64,000 nt of DNA from Candidatus Cloacimonadales bacterium (GTDB taxonomy: Bacteria > Cloacimonadota > Cloacimonadia > Cloacimonadales > JAFGVF01), in assembly GCA_963678315.1 (NCBI GenBank), contig OY782781.1, positions 992,001 to 1,056,000 on the forward strand. Direction: 5' to 3'. Numbering within the stretch: the stretch's first letter is position 1; each line of letters starts with the position of its first letter. Shown piece by piece: positions 54,701-62,636 of the stretch. Below the pieces are notes generated by a model, which made no database searches, had not been told where the DNA came from, and saw only the letters and a program-made list of their open reading frames with translations. Made by a program: the position numbers and the translations under genes.

Positions 54701-55681
54701 TTAGAAATTAATATCGATGTTGATAATGTTAATGACCTTCCTGTTATGACTCTTCCAGAATCATTTACTGTAACAGCAGGTGACTCATTAGCAGTAGATT
54801 TCCTTCCTTTCTTAGTTGATGTAGATGACGCTGAAGTTTCTCTTAACTTAACAGTTGAAGAAAACAATAATGTAGTTGTTTCTATTCGTGGCTTGGAAGT
54901 TGATTTTATCCCTAACGGTGATTTCGAAGGAATTGAAACTATCTACTTCGCAGTAACTGATGACAATTCAGCTGTAGAAGTAACAGACTCTGTTCTTGTA
55001 GTTATTGCAGATGATAATAACTCATTAGAAGATGCTGACCAAGTAGATTATTTAATTCTTGATAGAGATAGATTCCTTACTAATGGTGATGTAGATTTCT
55101 ATACATTCCAAGGAACAAGTGATCTAGCATATTTCGAAGTTAAAACAGAAAACGAAGATGCTTTAGAACTTTCTATTTACTTAAGTAACCAAGAAGATGG
55201 CTCTGATATTGATCTTGATTTCCCAGATTACCAAGCTACAAATTCTTCTAACATTGAAGTAGAAGTTCCTGCTCAAGGTTACTGGTTCATCCGTGTTCAA
55301 AACGATCCTCTTGCAAGAACTGGAAACAATGACGGTAGATATACTATCAGAATTAAAAGCTTAGTTTCTCCTAAGAATGTTCAACAAGAAAAGGTTGGCG
55401 ATGATAACCAACTAACTTGGGACGAAGTTACAGCTGCTAGAAGCTACAAAATCTACAGAAAAGATGCTAGAAATGCTGAATGGGGTCAACCTTATGCAAT
55501 AGTTAATACTAACTCATTCTTAGATGAAGATTCAGACTATAACTATGTTACTGCTAGTCATAGAAAGACTCTCTATCTATATAGAATTGTTGCTTCAACT
55601 GATCCAATAGGTATGCCTAGAATGCTTAATAAAAATAGTGTTAACGAGATGGATACAAACAACATCTCAAATATGAAATAA
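45773..55681 (+). CDS. Giant (3302 aa) secreted multi-Ig-domain surface protein
   Basis: Signal peptide; Fn3, about seven YYTxDGSxP repeats, ASH/BACON-like, about seven CARDB-like and cadherin-like (NVNDLP) modules. Confidence 0.88.
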   Translation: MQKSSLVVLFILMCSLLAAVFPAVEGYHNYSYEWGTFENAISFNWYNDNVPEGYSVANIEFNRNGFAEPMLLDYWGSAYYTDSDITIGNTYNYSSRFVYTNNSDNSTEYSEWSYVTIDTSELEDLLDAPTNLQLGAGTDWEGNKTIILSWDYTAPEGYWPDGFVVKRSDQDWFQEVYNMDPPFMFEDMDFTMGETYTYYVKARMMGEMNGDMIVSNPTATFTVDTNSLPLSNIQFNGMMSGTYNDLEAISLFTPDTGASIYYTLDGSEPTTDDILYTDPIVIPWGSEVSLKARAFKTGATESALLTLVYTLTGIVSDYYPEENKQGVNPEYPVFAWYKLASASGYYINVGTTSGNNDILANHFVDATDMSNYDGSYLREGVELDLDYETQYFWSITAQQTGTATTADSDERSFTTAAEVIVSSYPYQESFETSTINQLAEGWTDINLASYQTWKVYNSSASHGNNSVQLYTYSQNDWLFSSELAFSEGREYEIQFSHKGSSASLDAYLVDSRALDTPENPTIVQHLGHISTTNWWDTSAYNYTSLEDGNYFLAFKPTNNNGTYLYLDNIIINEAIANIPAPIVEYDDEAWHDNPFTLELNHEIEGAQLYYYVAPEWQNPYDFNASFASDRSLYEGPVQIEEPGSSMLYLQAEHPNWLASEIINIDLNIKPLLPAPMFDTEPGNYNNPIDVELISEAPAADTYYTTDGSDPFTSPTKVLYTEGDQIHIDMNETITIKAASVQENYMPSEILEGTFTTVPKLVQVTFSPEGGLFTSAQSIELNHIDAGTTIYYTLDGSAPDNTSLGYTTPLQLAEHTVTTISAIAYKDGFEESDVSSQTYTITGQVDSPTTNVAEGIYSSPQSVSLSTTTESASIRYTVDGTDPDETSTLWTGLPIEIGEFTTSTIKAIAYKENWAASEMMTITIQVTGQLPQVEFSLEGGAYESNQILSLSVPGYPTASIYSTSNGSEPSEASILYIGSILLNAPSDVTIKAIAVLDNYRTSEVASNDYEVRYKVETPVFSQESGIYTAPLDLEITSATNGASVYYTTDGSDPTTGMLYSEPIQLEEDTNTEIRAIAMRNGWFDSELASVNIQVTGTVPTPTIDTPSGVYVSATTVTVTNTMAQADVYYTLDGSEPTTDDNLYVEPLTFNPGDNDTLKVKAFREDWLPSTTVTRFYSVPDETMIYSFNMVNTTLTTEDNPSYSYSLVTNHTTANVNARITILDSDDNPVVVDEEVVTIFGEITNQFFREIDVEPNLAEGNYTYKLDILNTDDDILDTFEPTSPFQVGTPAYTITGNVDHDFGTLAAGSTNTHSFTLNSTGSIPLNMSYVPLSEPFSSNMLITVLGTGNSWEYTITFQPETYGTYFDQLVINTNAGAITCNFSGEAVMGQYRDNISEISATVDYGQTTQKQFVIYNDSPAADLNVSLSEAVDWLSLDQVTALVPDQDSLVVNATLGLATLVGGTYTTDITITTDDLRAETVTIPVTLTVNGAVISTSHDEIEVITGVGEDVFFKFRISNDGSEPLAYSLDEDADWLIPESDNGNIEANGNEDNELEFDGDIPVGTYTTTITIESNDINTPELTIPVTFIVQDAVFGFLPLDGILDFGNVAMGSSRSLPVTLKNTGNLALTVNSLVSASPAFTFDPEINDLELAGGTEQEVDVIFTPAATAFYNDVTLTITYEDEETAELSMFGRGEDPNPSFSIDWVDNRYDFGNVEVGSTEINDIRVYNNGNVELHFNNFVYEDEDITEFELEEFTLDVGKDHHFDVSFAPILAGEYELDIQMNTTEGATQTAVIEAIAFDNSNTAQLTYPEDEPFNGEMGVNPIEGLEGTNFEFRVVYTDLDNLPPRDGSPVLHLDLNHDGDTDDDGDQVIIMTEVDEADLVYTDGKLYECVFLVPFGYNPQYRMAALDNGFKVAEGQATHWLNGPVVANQGLDLGLYASHIEFSEYHPNAGQEVIVVAHIQNWGDLSADNVPVTFLLDEVQFDQLIIPHIEGNSEYTLETTVSSNVDGFLPVKVHVNRNNANPALIEANQLNNFASRPLVVGDVDVPGSIDVTATASPATVYESSYNTFSVYGRADYVDVHDPNLDVSGSFVRAELLQTGEVQTTHTNSWGNYSVRFNTPANIGVYDIEVYVTDYTLEGQETTQMEVIARPDRKDIRVYVSTVGSQYPRVNPPTADTFDIYVQVMNIGSVNVADDIDVDLNEGRSGLGGINLDNWTILGGLDAGESQTFTFEHPGVANIGWYYFHGAATHASMHTEDNTSNNYHNGSKYIYPALPDLTPTYVYFYNLPNYRNHGVVGSPFNGKVQVSNKYVTPSIQTTATVEYRGPFTGNVWAPFSNIVVPALGAFDSENIDFGRDINIPVGFAGFYDFKIIVDPVNPGIVAEHSELNNEIIKTIEVKNPDWDFFVNYNSIEISNYDPAFAVDQVNFTADISNNGTDEANNVQVKFEYIRFQDGVEIGPWQQIGDIKVIPNIGAYDTFEDVTSDLWLVPNSDGYKLRVTVDPFDNFVELNENNNDQERWLGYDFYPWAHSDYYYVTVGEEGSVGRYISSRASWQADDVPVVFYDWFPHEPFTPGVNPQQIGLEDVNIPGNNGTTYSRATKVWNQVGLHKITCHVDITDGERAAWNINPNPLAANGFTGLYTNEIYEDNNVDYLYMDVQEPLPDLVAWSEFINPTILNPDRNEAVDIQSSFENHGVGDVDEEFKIKFYIDSVQLGNEVVVAGIDSNENGAVQATEQFSSNVAGAHVIRVELDTDGVVGETNEDNNLASRVIVVGPAPNMVFGEELRNGRVGSGLSLSDSSPEAGQEIIITANITNNGRAEGSAWVDFYYVIAQDSTLIASRQFTVINGETEEISVDWIAESEFGSVVAVIRDATPIEFNALDNTAEVEFGPSLQFVGTYDNVHIDEDAGAQSIGDLDSIVENRDNTGVIFFASTDVEGATVTIDENNVLWLNPPTNYHGTITVDVEAVNLYNDSRSLEINIDVDNVNDLPVMTLPESFTVTAGDSLAVDFLPFLVDVDDAEVSLNLTVEENNNVVVSIRGLEVDFIPNGDFEGIETIYFAVTDDNSAVEVTDSVLVVIADDNNSLEDADQVDYLILDRDRFLTNGDVDFYTFQGTSDLAYFEVKTENEDALELSIYLSNQEDGSDIDLDFPDYQATNSSNIEVEVPAQGYWFIRVQNDPLARTGNNDGRYTIRIKSLVSPKNVQQEKVGDDNQLTWDEVTAARSYKIYRKDARNAEWGQPYAIVNTNSFLDEDSDYNYVTASHRKTLYLYRIVASTDPIGMPRMLNKNSVNEMDTNNISNMK

Positions 55682-55702
55682 TAGTTTACCACACCACTAC
55701 AT

Positions 55703-55742
55703 AAGAGAGGAAGATCACCACCTTCCTCTCTTCTTTTTTTTT
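55703..55742 (+). terminator. Intrinsic terminator
   Basis: aagagaggaag..cttcctctctt followed by a T tract. Confidence 0.85.
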
Positions 55743-55792
55743 GAAGAATTTGCATAAAAAGCTAATGATAGTATCTTATTTTAAAAATATAC

Positions 55793-55963
55793 TTAAACCC
55801 ATCTAATACAGTAGAGCTTCTAGAATAGTACTATATTATTTGGCAAGAATAAGTTCCATAATCTCAGCTAGAATATATATTATTCAAACTTCGATTCTGT
55901 AACTTATTTTGCTGAAATAATCTGCACTCTTCACGAGAAGCCTACTGCATCAAATAGGTTAAA
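55793..55963. mobile_element. MITE-like family A, copy 2
   Basis: ttaaaccc...taggttaa; same length and orientation as 8068-8238. Confidence 0.75.
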
Positions 55964-55973
55964 GGCTTAACAA

Positions 55974-56141
55974 ATGAAAGATAGAAAAATGTGTAAATGG
56001 AAAAAGAAAGATCTAGAAGATAACTTCCAAGACTACTGTAAGCTCGTAGCAAAACCCAAATATGTGTGCATGAAGTGTGGAAGAGTCACTACAGATGCTT
56101 CTACTGTTTGTAAGGCAAAAGAAATCAAGAAAGAGGATTGA
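55974..56141 (+). CDS. Small 55-aa Cys-rich protein (absent from the ORF track)
   Basis: Manual translation MKDRKMCKWKKKDLEDNFQDYCKLVAKPKYVCMKCGRVTTDASTVCKAKEIKKED; AAGG upstream. Confidence 0.75.
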   Translation: MKDRKMCKWKKKDLEDNFQDYCKLVAKPKYVCMKCGRVTTDASTVCKAKEIKKED

Positions 56142-56157
56142 ATTTAAGAATCTTTAC

Positions 56158-56234
56158 AAGACCTTTTCGAAAGGTCTCTACACACTTACTGGTCCCCTTG
56201 AAAAAAAGCCGATTTTTCAATGAGGCAAGTAAGG
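56158..56234. repeat. Palindrome plus family-B hairpin
   Basis: cttactggtccccttgaaaaaaagccgatttttcaatgaggcaagtaagg is nearly the reverse complement of 40947-40997. Confidence 0.85.
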
Positions 56235-56250
56235 AAGCAGTTAGAAGTTA

Positions 56251-56376
56251 CTGGGAACGCTTTGCCTTTAGTCCGGCTGCTGCCGGATAGCTGGCTAATA
56301 CTGGGATCGCTTTGCCTTTAGTCCGGCTGCTGCCGGATAGCCGGCTAATACTGGGATCGCCAGCCTCTGTGCTGGC
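56251..56376. repeat. Tandem 50-bp REP-like units (two copies) plus a short third unit
   Basis: 56251-56300 and 56301-56350 differ at 2 positions; each holds tccggc-tgct-gccgga. Confidence 0.9.
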
Positions 56377-56468
56377 TTCACTTAGAACATAGTGATAAGT
56401 GAATTTGTAGAGACTTATTGAAATATTTCTCTTGTATTGTCCTGAAGGAACGACATAAAAGAGTAACT

Positions 56469-56496
56469 AAAAAAGAGCTGTATAAAACAGCTCTTT
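56469..56496 (-). terminator. Intrinsic terminator after nrdJ
   Basis: aaagagctg..cagctcttt with a T tract on the minus strand. Confidence 0.75.
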
Positions 56497-56519
56497 AATT
56501 TATTATAATCTATCTTAGA

Positions 56520-58793
56520 TTAGCATTTTGACCAGCCACAAGCCTGACATTTAAGACAGCCTTCTTCATGGTAAACAGTAGAACCACATTCTGGGCAAGT
56601 TTTGATTGAAGAATTAGACTTTGCTTCTTCTACTGAAGGAGTTTTATCTGTATCAATATCTATTTTAACTTCTATCTTATTCAAGGTTGATGTTGACTGA
56701 ATTTCTTGGAACTTTGCAAGAGCTGTAGCAACAGCATCTGAGCAAGAAGTAACAAGTTTTCCTTTATTCCACATTGGAGAAGGACAGCGGATACCTCTTA
56801 GCTGTTTGATGATTGATTCTATATCTACATCTGCTCTAAGAGCTAGTGATATAAGCCTTGCTTGAGCTTCTAATTGAGCAGAAGCACAACCACCAACTTT
56901 ACCCATTTGGATAAACATTTCACAGGCACCTTGTTCATCTGAGTTGATAGTAACATACATGTGACCACAGCCAGTTTCGATCTTTTGAGTAATACCTTGA
57001 GTTATCTCAGGTCTTAATCTTGGAGAACGTTTTTCAGAAGCTGTTTCTTTCTCTTCGTTAATCTTTTTACCAACATTAAGAACTTGGAATTGTCTAGAAC
57101 CATCTCGGTAAACAGTTACGCCTTTACAGCCTGTTTCATAAGCTAGTTCATAAGCCATTTGAATATCTTCTTTAGTAGCATCATTCTTGAAATTGATAGT
57201 CTTAGAAACAGCATTATCTGTATATTCTTGGAAAGCTGCTTGCATTCTAATATGCCATTCTGGAGAAATGTCATGGGAAGTAACAAAGACTTCTTTAACA
57301 CTTTGAGGAATCTCATCGATGTGCATTAGAGAACCTTCTTCAGAGATTCTTTCCATAAGTTCATCACTATAAATGCCTAATTCTTCAAGTTTATTGCGTA
57401 AATGCTTGTTTACATAGATAAGCTTTTCACCATCCATAACATACTTCACATAGACAAGAGAGAATTGAGGTTCTACACCACCAGAAGTGTCAGCAATCAT
57501 GGAAATAGTTCCAGTTGGAGCAATAGTGGTAACAGTAGCATTTCTAATACCTTTGCTAGCAATATCTTCTTTTAACGCATTCCAATCTAATTTATTATTG
57601 TTTCTAATTAAAGTATTCTTTTGATAGATAGAACCTTGATAATTAGGGAAAGAACCTTCTTTTTCTGCTAAAATAACAGATCTAACCTTAGAATGATAAT
57701 CAATAAATTCCATAATATCTCTAGCTAACTGAACTGCTTGATCTGAGCAATAAGGAATCTCCATTTGATAAAGAAGGTCAGCCCAGCCCATAACACCTAA
57801 ACCGATTTTACGGTTTGCTTTTACCATTTGGTCTATTTCAGGAAGAGGGAAATTAGATACATTGATAACATCATCAAGGAAATCTACAGAAGAATAAACT
57901 ACTTCTTTAAGTCCATCCCAATCAATTTTACCACCACCTAAATAGAAGTTAGCAACGTTGATAGAACCTAGATTACAAGCTTCATTAGGGAGCAGTGGTT
58001 GTTCTCCACAAGGGTTAGTAGATTCTATCTCTCCTATGTGGGGAGTTGGATTATACTTATTGATTCTATCAAGGAAAATGATACCTGGTTCACCAGTCTT
58101 GTGAGCCTTTTCAACAATCAAAGAAAAGATTTCTTTAGCATTAATCATCTCTATTGTTTGTCCTGTATGAGGGGATACTAGAGGATAATCTTCATCTTGT
58201 CGGACAGCACGCATGAAGTCTTCTGTAATTCCAACAGATATATTAAAGTTAGTGAGCTGAGTAGTATCATCTTTGCAGGTAATAAACTCAAGGATTTGAG
58301 GGTGTTGAACACTTAAGATTGCCATGTTAGCACCTCTACGAGTTCCACCTTGTTTAACAGCATCAGTTGCAGCATTAAAGACTTTTAGGAAACTGATTGG
58401 ACCTGAGGAAACACCATTAGTTGAACGCACCCTAGCATTAGTTTCTCTAAGCTTGCTGAAAGAAAAGCCTGTTCCACCACCACTTTTATGAATCATTGCT
58501 GCATTCTTGATAGTAGTGAAAATACCTTCCATACTATCTTCAAGAGGAAGTACAAAACATGCTGAAAGCTGCTGTAGGTCATTTCCAGCATTCATGAGTG
58601 TAGGAGAGTTAGGTAAGAAATTACCGGAATCCAGTAATCCTTTGTATTGTAAAATTTTATCTTTATCACCTTGTGCTATATTCTCAGCAACACGGCTAAT
58701 CATTTTATCCCAATCTTCTATTGTCTTTCCATCATTGTCCTTTTTGTAATAACGCTTGTTTAGTACTACTTTAGCGTTTTCAGTTAGTTGCAT
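56520..58793 (-). CDS. nrdJ: Vitamin B12-dependent (class II) ribonucleotide reductase with TSCPD domain and Zn ribbon
   Basis: PNSPTLMNAG, LSACFV, TNPCGEQ, CNLGSIN, TIAPTGT, SCSDA, CPECG..C..CGWSKC. Confidence 0.93.
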   Translation of the reverse strand: MQLTENAKVVLNKRYYKKDNDGKTIEDWDKMISRVAENIAQGDKDKILQYKGLLDSGNFLPNSPTLMNAGNDLQQLSACFVLPLEDSMEGIFTTIKNAAMIHKSGGGTGFSFSKLRETNARVRSTNGVSSGPISFLKVFNAATDAVKQGGTRRGANMAILSVQHPQILEFITCKDDTTQLTNFNISVGITEDFMRAVRQDEDYPLVSPHTGQTIEMINAKEIFSLIVEKAHKTGEPGIIFLDRINKYNPTPHIGEIESTNPCGEQPLLPNEACNLGSINVANFYLGGGKIDWDGLKEVVYSSVDFLDDVINVSNFPLPEIDQMVKANRKIGLGVMGWADLLYQMEIPYCSDQAVQLARDIMEFIDYHSKVRSVILAEKEGSFPNYQGSIYQKNTLIRNNNKLDWNALKEDIASKGIRNATVTTIAPTGTISMIADTSGGVEPQFSLVYVKYVMDGEKLIYVNKHLRNKLEELGIYSDELMERISEEGSLMHIDEIPQSVKEVFVTSHDISPEWHIRMQAAFQEYTDNAVSKTINFKNDATKEDIQMAYELAYETGCKGVTVYRDGSRQFQVLNVGKKINEEKETASEKRSPRLRPEITQGITQKIETGCGHMYVTINSDEQGACEMFIQMGKVGGCASAQLEAQARLISLALRADVDIESIIKQLRGIRCPSPMWNKGKLVTSCSDAVATALAKFQEIQSTSTLNKIEVKIDIDTDKTPSVEEAKSNSSIKTCPECGSTVYHEEGCLKCQACGWSKC

Positions 58794-58816
58794 CCATTAC
58801 TCCTATATATTATTAA

Positions 58817-60265
58817 TTAAATTTCTTTTGAATTCTTCTCTACCCAATAGTCGTTAAGTTCATCAATTGACATTACACAAGCATTGTTCTTCTTTGCATA
58901 CCTTATGGTGTTTATATACAAGCTTTTCCAGAAAGGGTAATCAACAGAATCGAATGTATTGTTATGCCACAAGAGTGATATATGTGAATTGAACTTTTTA
59001 GCTCTGTCAAGTAACTCTTTTAGTCTAATCCCTGAACTCATAGCAGATAGATTCATGCCCTTAGCAGAGAGCATAGATGTATCCATCACAATTAAAGGAA
59101 TCTCTAGAATAGGGAAGGGTCTATTGTTCTTTATGTCAAAAGGATAGAATGGGTAAGATATACCAGCTCTAAAACCAATATTCTCCCAATAACCTAGTGA
59201 AGAATCGTACTTAAACTCCATTTCTGAAAGTAAGTTGAAAGTTCTCTGATACTCAAATGATAACTTGTGAGACCTATATCCCTTAGCTTGAGGAAAAGCT
59301 TTATCAATTCTTTGCTTTTCTTTTATGGCATCCTTAAACTCATAAGCTGACCTAGGAGAGCCATGAAGACCAATGTCTCTGTCTTTAAATACATTAAGTA
59401 CTTGTTCTTTATATTTATTATCAAGGAAATAAGATCTTCTTGAATCTTCTGAATCTTCTTGAACCAAGAGAAAGCTAGTGGACTTTGCACCTAGTTTAGT
59501 TTCTAAGTTAATGATTTTATTCATAGCTTTAACTGGGTTAAAGTTAGCTTTTGTTAGGGAATGAGCAATGAATTTATAAGTTGATCTAGTTAAATGCTTG
59601 CCTAATCTATGCAGATTGTAGCTACAAACCTTCTTATAATGCTCTTTAGCCCACACATCCCAGTAATCAATATCATGCGATAAAGAAACACAGAAATCTT
59701 TATTATCCTTCCAAATCTTATTCTGATTGTACTCAGGCTTGATTAAATCTAAGATTATATCAAGAATATCACAATAAGCATCTACTACAGGGGTTTCAGT
59801 GAAGTCCCATTTGTATTGCATAGATTGCTTATAATCAAACCTAATATCAGGATTTGAGTTTCCTAAGTTTATATGTTCTTGCCAACATGATAAGAGGTAG
59901 AATGCCGAAGCTATAATATCTTTACCAATTTCAGCAGAATTAACCCCTACATTATATATATCCCCTGGTTCAGAGAAGAAGAAAGGTATCTTTTCTCCTT
60001 TATACTCATTGAATCTTACCTTAAACTGAGGATAAGGAATCATCTTCTGGAAGAATGAACTTGCTTCCGGATTATGTTTGATTCTGACAGGGTATTTATG
60101 ACTACTATCAGCACCATAATAAATGTCTACATGAGCTAAGGTCTTCTTATAATAAAAAGAAGGGTTTAGCTTTAGAATGTAACAGAAAGTCCTGAATACA
60201 TACTCTGCTTTAGGTAGAAAGCTATCTTCAACATCTAACAGTATTTTAATATCTAAGTTCTTAAT
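58817..60265 (-). CDS. Polysaccharide deacetylase-family protein; probable non-canonical ATT start
   Basis: SHDID, IGLHGS, YDSS, EIPLIVMD, LLWHN; frame stays open 74 codons upstream of the track's ATG 60043 to an ATT with AAGGA 7 nt upstream. Confidence 0.75.
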   Translation of the reverse strand: MKNLDIKILLDVEDSFLPKAEYVFRTFCYILKLNPSFYYKKTLAHVDIYYGADSSHKYPVRIKHNPEASSFFQKMIPYPQFKVRFNEYKGEKIPFFFSEPGDIYNVGVNSAEIGKDIIASAFYLLSCWQEHINLGNSNPDIRFDYKQSMQYKWDFTETPVVDAYCDILDIILDLIKPEYNQNKIWKDNKDFCVSLSHDIDYWDVWAKEHYKKVCSYNLHRLGKHLTRSTYKFIAHSLTKANFNPVKAMNKIINLETKLGAKSTSFLLVQEDSEDSRRSYFLDNKYKEQVLNVFKDRDIGLHGSPRSAYEFKDAIKEKQRIDKAFPQAKGYRSHKLSFEYQRTFNLLSEMEFKYDSSLGYWENIGFRAGISYPFYPFDIKNNRPFPILEIPLIVMDTSMLSAKGMNLSAMSSGIRLKELLDRAKKFNSHISLLWHNNTFDSVDYPFWKSLYINTIRYAKKNNACVMSIDELNDYWVEKNSKEI

Positions 60266-60296
60266 CGGTCAATCCTTAATTTCTATATTGCTTATA

Positions 60297-62612
60297 CTAA
60301 ATTAAAACTTCTTTAAGTACTTCATCAACACACTTAACTAAAGTTATGTCTATACCTTCTTTGATGTAGTCAGGTAATTCTTCAATACTATCTTTATTGT
60401 CATTCGGAACAAGAACCTTGCTTATTCCAGCACGCTTAGCAGCTAAGATCTTCTCTCTTAAGCCTCCAATTGGTAGAACTTTACCCTGTAAGGTAATCTC
60501 TCCAGTCATAGCTATATCATGCCTAACCTTTTTCTGCATAAGCATAGAGGCGATGGTAGTTGTTAGGGTTACACCAGCTGAAGGACCATCTTTAGGTATA
60601 GCACCAGCAGGGAAGTGAATATGGAAAGCATTTTCATTGAAAGCTTCAGCATTTATGCCAAACTTCTCATGATTAGCATGAAGATAACTGAGGGCTATCT
60701 GAGCTGATTCCTGCATCACCTTACCTAATCTACCTGTTAGCTTAACTCCACCTTTACCCGGCATTGAGATAGCTTCACAGAAGAGTATTTCTCCTCCAAA
60801 CATAGTCCAAGCCAGACCTGTAGTTATACCTATTTCAGGCTTTCTATTCTTTATCTCAAGTGAGTATTTCCTATATCCAAGGTAATCATGTACATTAGCT
60901 TTAGTAACAGTAACTTTTGTATCATTACCTTCAGCAACCTTACGAGCTATTTTACGCATTACTGTGCCTATTGTTCTTTGCAGAGTTCTCACTCCTGCTT
61001 CCTTGACATAGTATCTAATCATCTCTTCTAAGGCAGATTTCATAACTCTTACATGTTTACCAGTAATACCATTGTTTTCCATTTCTCTTGGAATCAAGTA
61101 TCTTCTAGCTATTTCAACCTTCTCGTTTTCTAAATAGCTAGAGAATTCTATAATCTCCATTCTATCAAGAAGTGGTTGAGGTATTGTTTGAAGTGAATTA
61201 GCTGTAGTTATGAACATCACATCTGATAAGTCATAAGGAAGATTAAGATAATGGTCTACAAAAGAGAAGTTTTGTTCTGGATCAAGAACTTCCAGTAATG
61301 CAGAAGCAGGATCGCCTCTAAAGTCTTTACCCAACTTATCTATCTCGTCCAGCATGAAGATAGGGTTACTTGAACCAGCCCGTTTAAGCTCAGTGATTAT
61401 CTTACCTGGCATAGCTCCAATATAAGTCTTTCTATGTCCTCTTATCTCAGCTTCATCATGAACACCACCTAGAGACATTCTAATGAAGTTCCTATTCAGT
61501 GCTCTAGCAACGGAGCGTCCGATGGAAGTTTTACCAACACCTGGAGGTCCTACAAAACAGAGGATAGGTCCTTTAATCTCGTTACGAAGCTTCTTTACTG
61601 CCATGAACTCAATGATACGCTCTTTTGCTTTATCTAAACCATAGTGGTCTTTAGTAAGAACTTGTTCAATCTTTTCTAAATCCAAATTATCTTTAGTTTT
61701 CTTATTCCATGGAACATTTACTATCCATTCAAGATAGTTCCTAATAACACTATATTCGCTAGACGCAGGTTGCATTGTCTTCATTTTATTGAGCTCATCT
61801 TGAGCAGCTTCAAAGACAAAATCAGGAAGGTCAGCATCAACAATCTTATTTTCCCAACTGCTTATTTCTTGTTGAACCTCGTCACCTTCTCCAAGCTCTT
61901 TCATGATAGCTTGTAGTTGCTCACGTAGGTAGTATTTTCTTTGGTCCTCAGACATCTCAAGGTCAACATTACTTCTAATAGTATTCTCTAGTTTTAGTTG
62001 CTTTATCAAGTCAGCTAGATATTTATTTAGTTTCTCAATCCTAAATACTAAATCAATAGTAGATAGGATATCCTGCTTTTCTAGTGTCTTGATATCGGTA
62101 TTCTCAGCAATTAAATCAACTACTCTAGACGTCTGTACAATCTGTTTGATTGATGGAATAAACTCTTTTCCAGGAAGATTACTTTCCTTAGCAACAACAC
62201 TTAGAAGTTCTATAGCTATTTTTCTAAGAGCTTTAACTTTAGGTGTATCGTCTAATCTCTCAGCAAGTGATTCCACCTCTACTAATAATAAAGGTTCATG
62301 CTGAATAATCTTCTCCATTCTAACTCTTGAATTGCCCTGTAAAAGTATAGATAAAGACCCATCTTTGTTTCTAACCATTTTAATGATAGTTGCAGCTGTA
62401 CCGTATTCATAAACTTCAATATCATCACTTTCAACGTTGTTTTCTTTTTGAAGAAACATACCAACAGTTTTAGAATGTGCTAAAGCGTAATCAACAACTG
62501 CAATCTTTTCTGGATCAGAAACTACTAAAGGCATTACCATGAAAGGAAATAGCACTAGGTTTGAATTAACTAGTACGGGAAGTGTTCTTGGAACTTTGTT
62601 CTCTATATTCAT
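60297..62612 (-). CDS. lon: Lon protease
   Basis: GPPGVGKTS, LDEIDK, PKDGPSAG, GGLREK. Confidence 0.97.
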   Translation of the reverse strand: MNIENKVPRTLPVLVNSNLVLFPFMVMPLVVSDPEKIAVVDYALAHSKTVGMFLQKENNVESDDIEVYEYGTAATIIKMVRNKDGSLSILLQGNSRVRMEKIIQHEPLLLVEVESLAERLDDTPKVKALRKIAIELLSVVAKESNLPGKEFIPSIKQIVQTSRVVDLIAENTDIKTLEKQDILSTIDLVFRIEKLNKYLADLIKQLKLENTIRSNVDLEMSEDQRKYYLREQLQAIMKELGEGDEVQQEISSWENKIVDADLPDFVFEAAQDELNKMKTMQPASSEYSVIRNYLEWIVNVPWNKKTKDNLDLEKIEQVLTKDHYGLDKAKERIIEFMAVKKLRNEIKGPILCFVGPPGVGKTSIGRSVARALNRNFIRMSLGGVHDEAEIRGHRKTYIGAMPGKIITELKRAGSSNPIFMLDEIDKLGKDFRGDPASALLEVLDPEQNFSFVDHYLNLPYDLSDVMFITTANSLQTIPQPLLDRMEIIEFSSYLENEKVEIARRYLIPREMENNGITGKHVRVMKSALEEMIRYYVKEAGVRTLQRTIGTVMRKIARKVAEGNDTKVTVTKANVHDYLGYRKYSLEIKNRKPEIGITTGLAWTMFGGEILFCEAISMPGKGGVKLTGRLGKVMQESAQIALSYLHANHEKFGINAEAFNENAFHIHFPAGAIPKDGPSAGVTLTTTIASMLMQKKVRHDIAMTGEITLQGKVLPIGGLREKILAAKRAGISKVLVPNDNKDSIEELPDYIKEGIDITLVKCVDEVLKEVLI

Positions 62613-62636
62613 GATTTCTCCTTTTTAAATTATATG

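Noticed and set aside
56251..56376. CRISPR array
   Set aside because: Units are contiguous near-identical tandem copies with no unique spacers, and there are no cas genes
56520..58816. Cobalamin riboswitch or intein at nrdJ
   Set aside because: Only 23 nt separate nrdJ from the upstream gene; protein length and motifs leave no room for an intein
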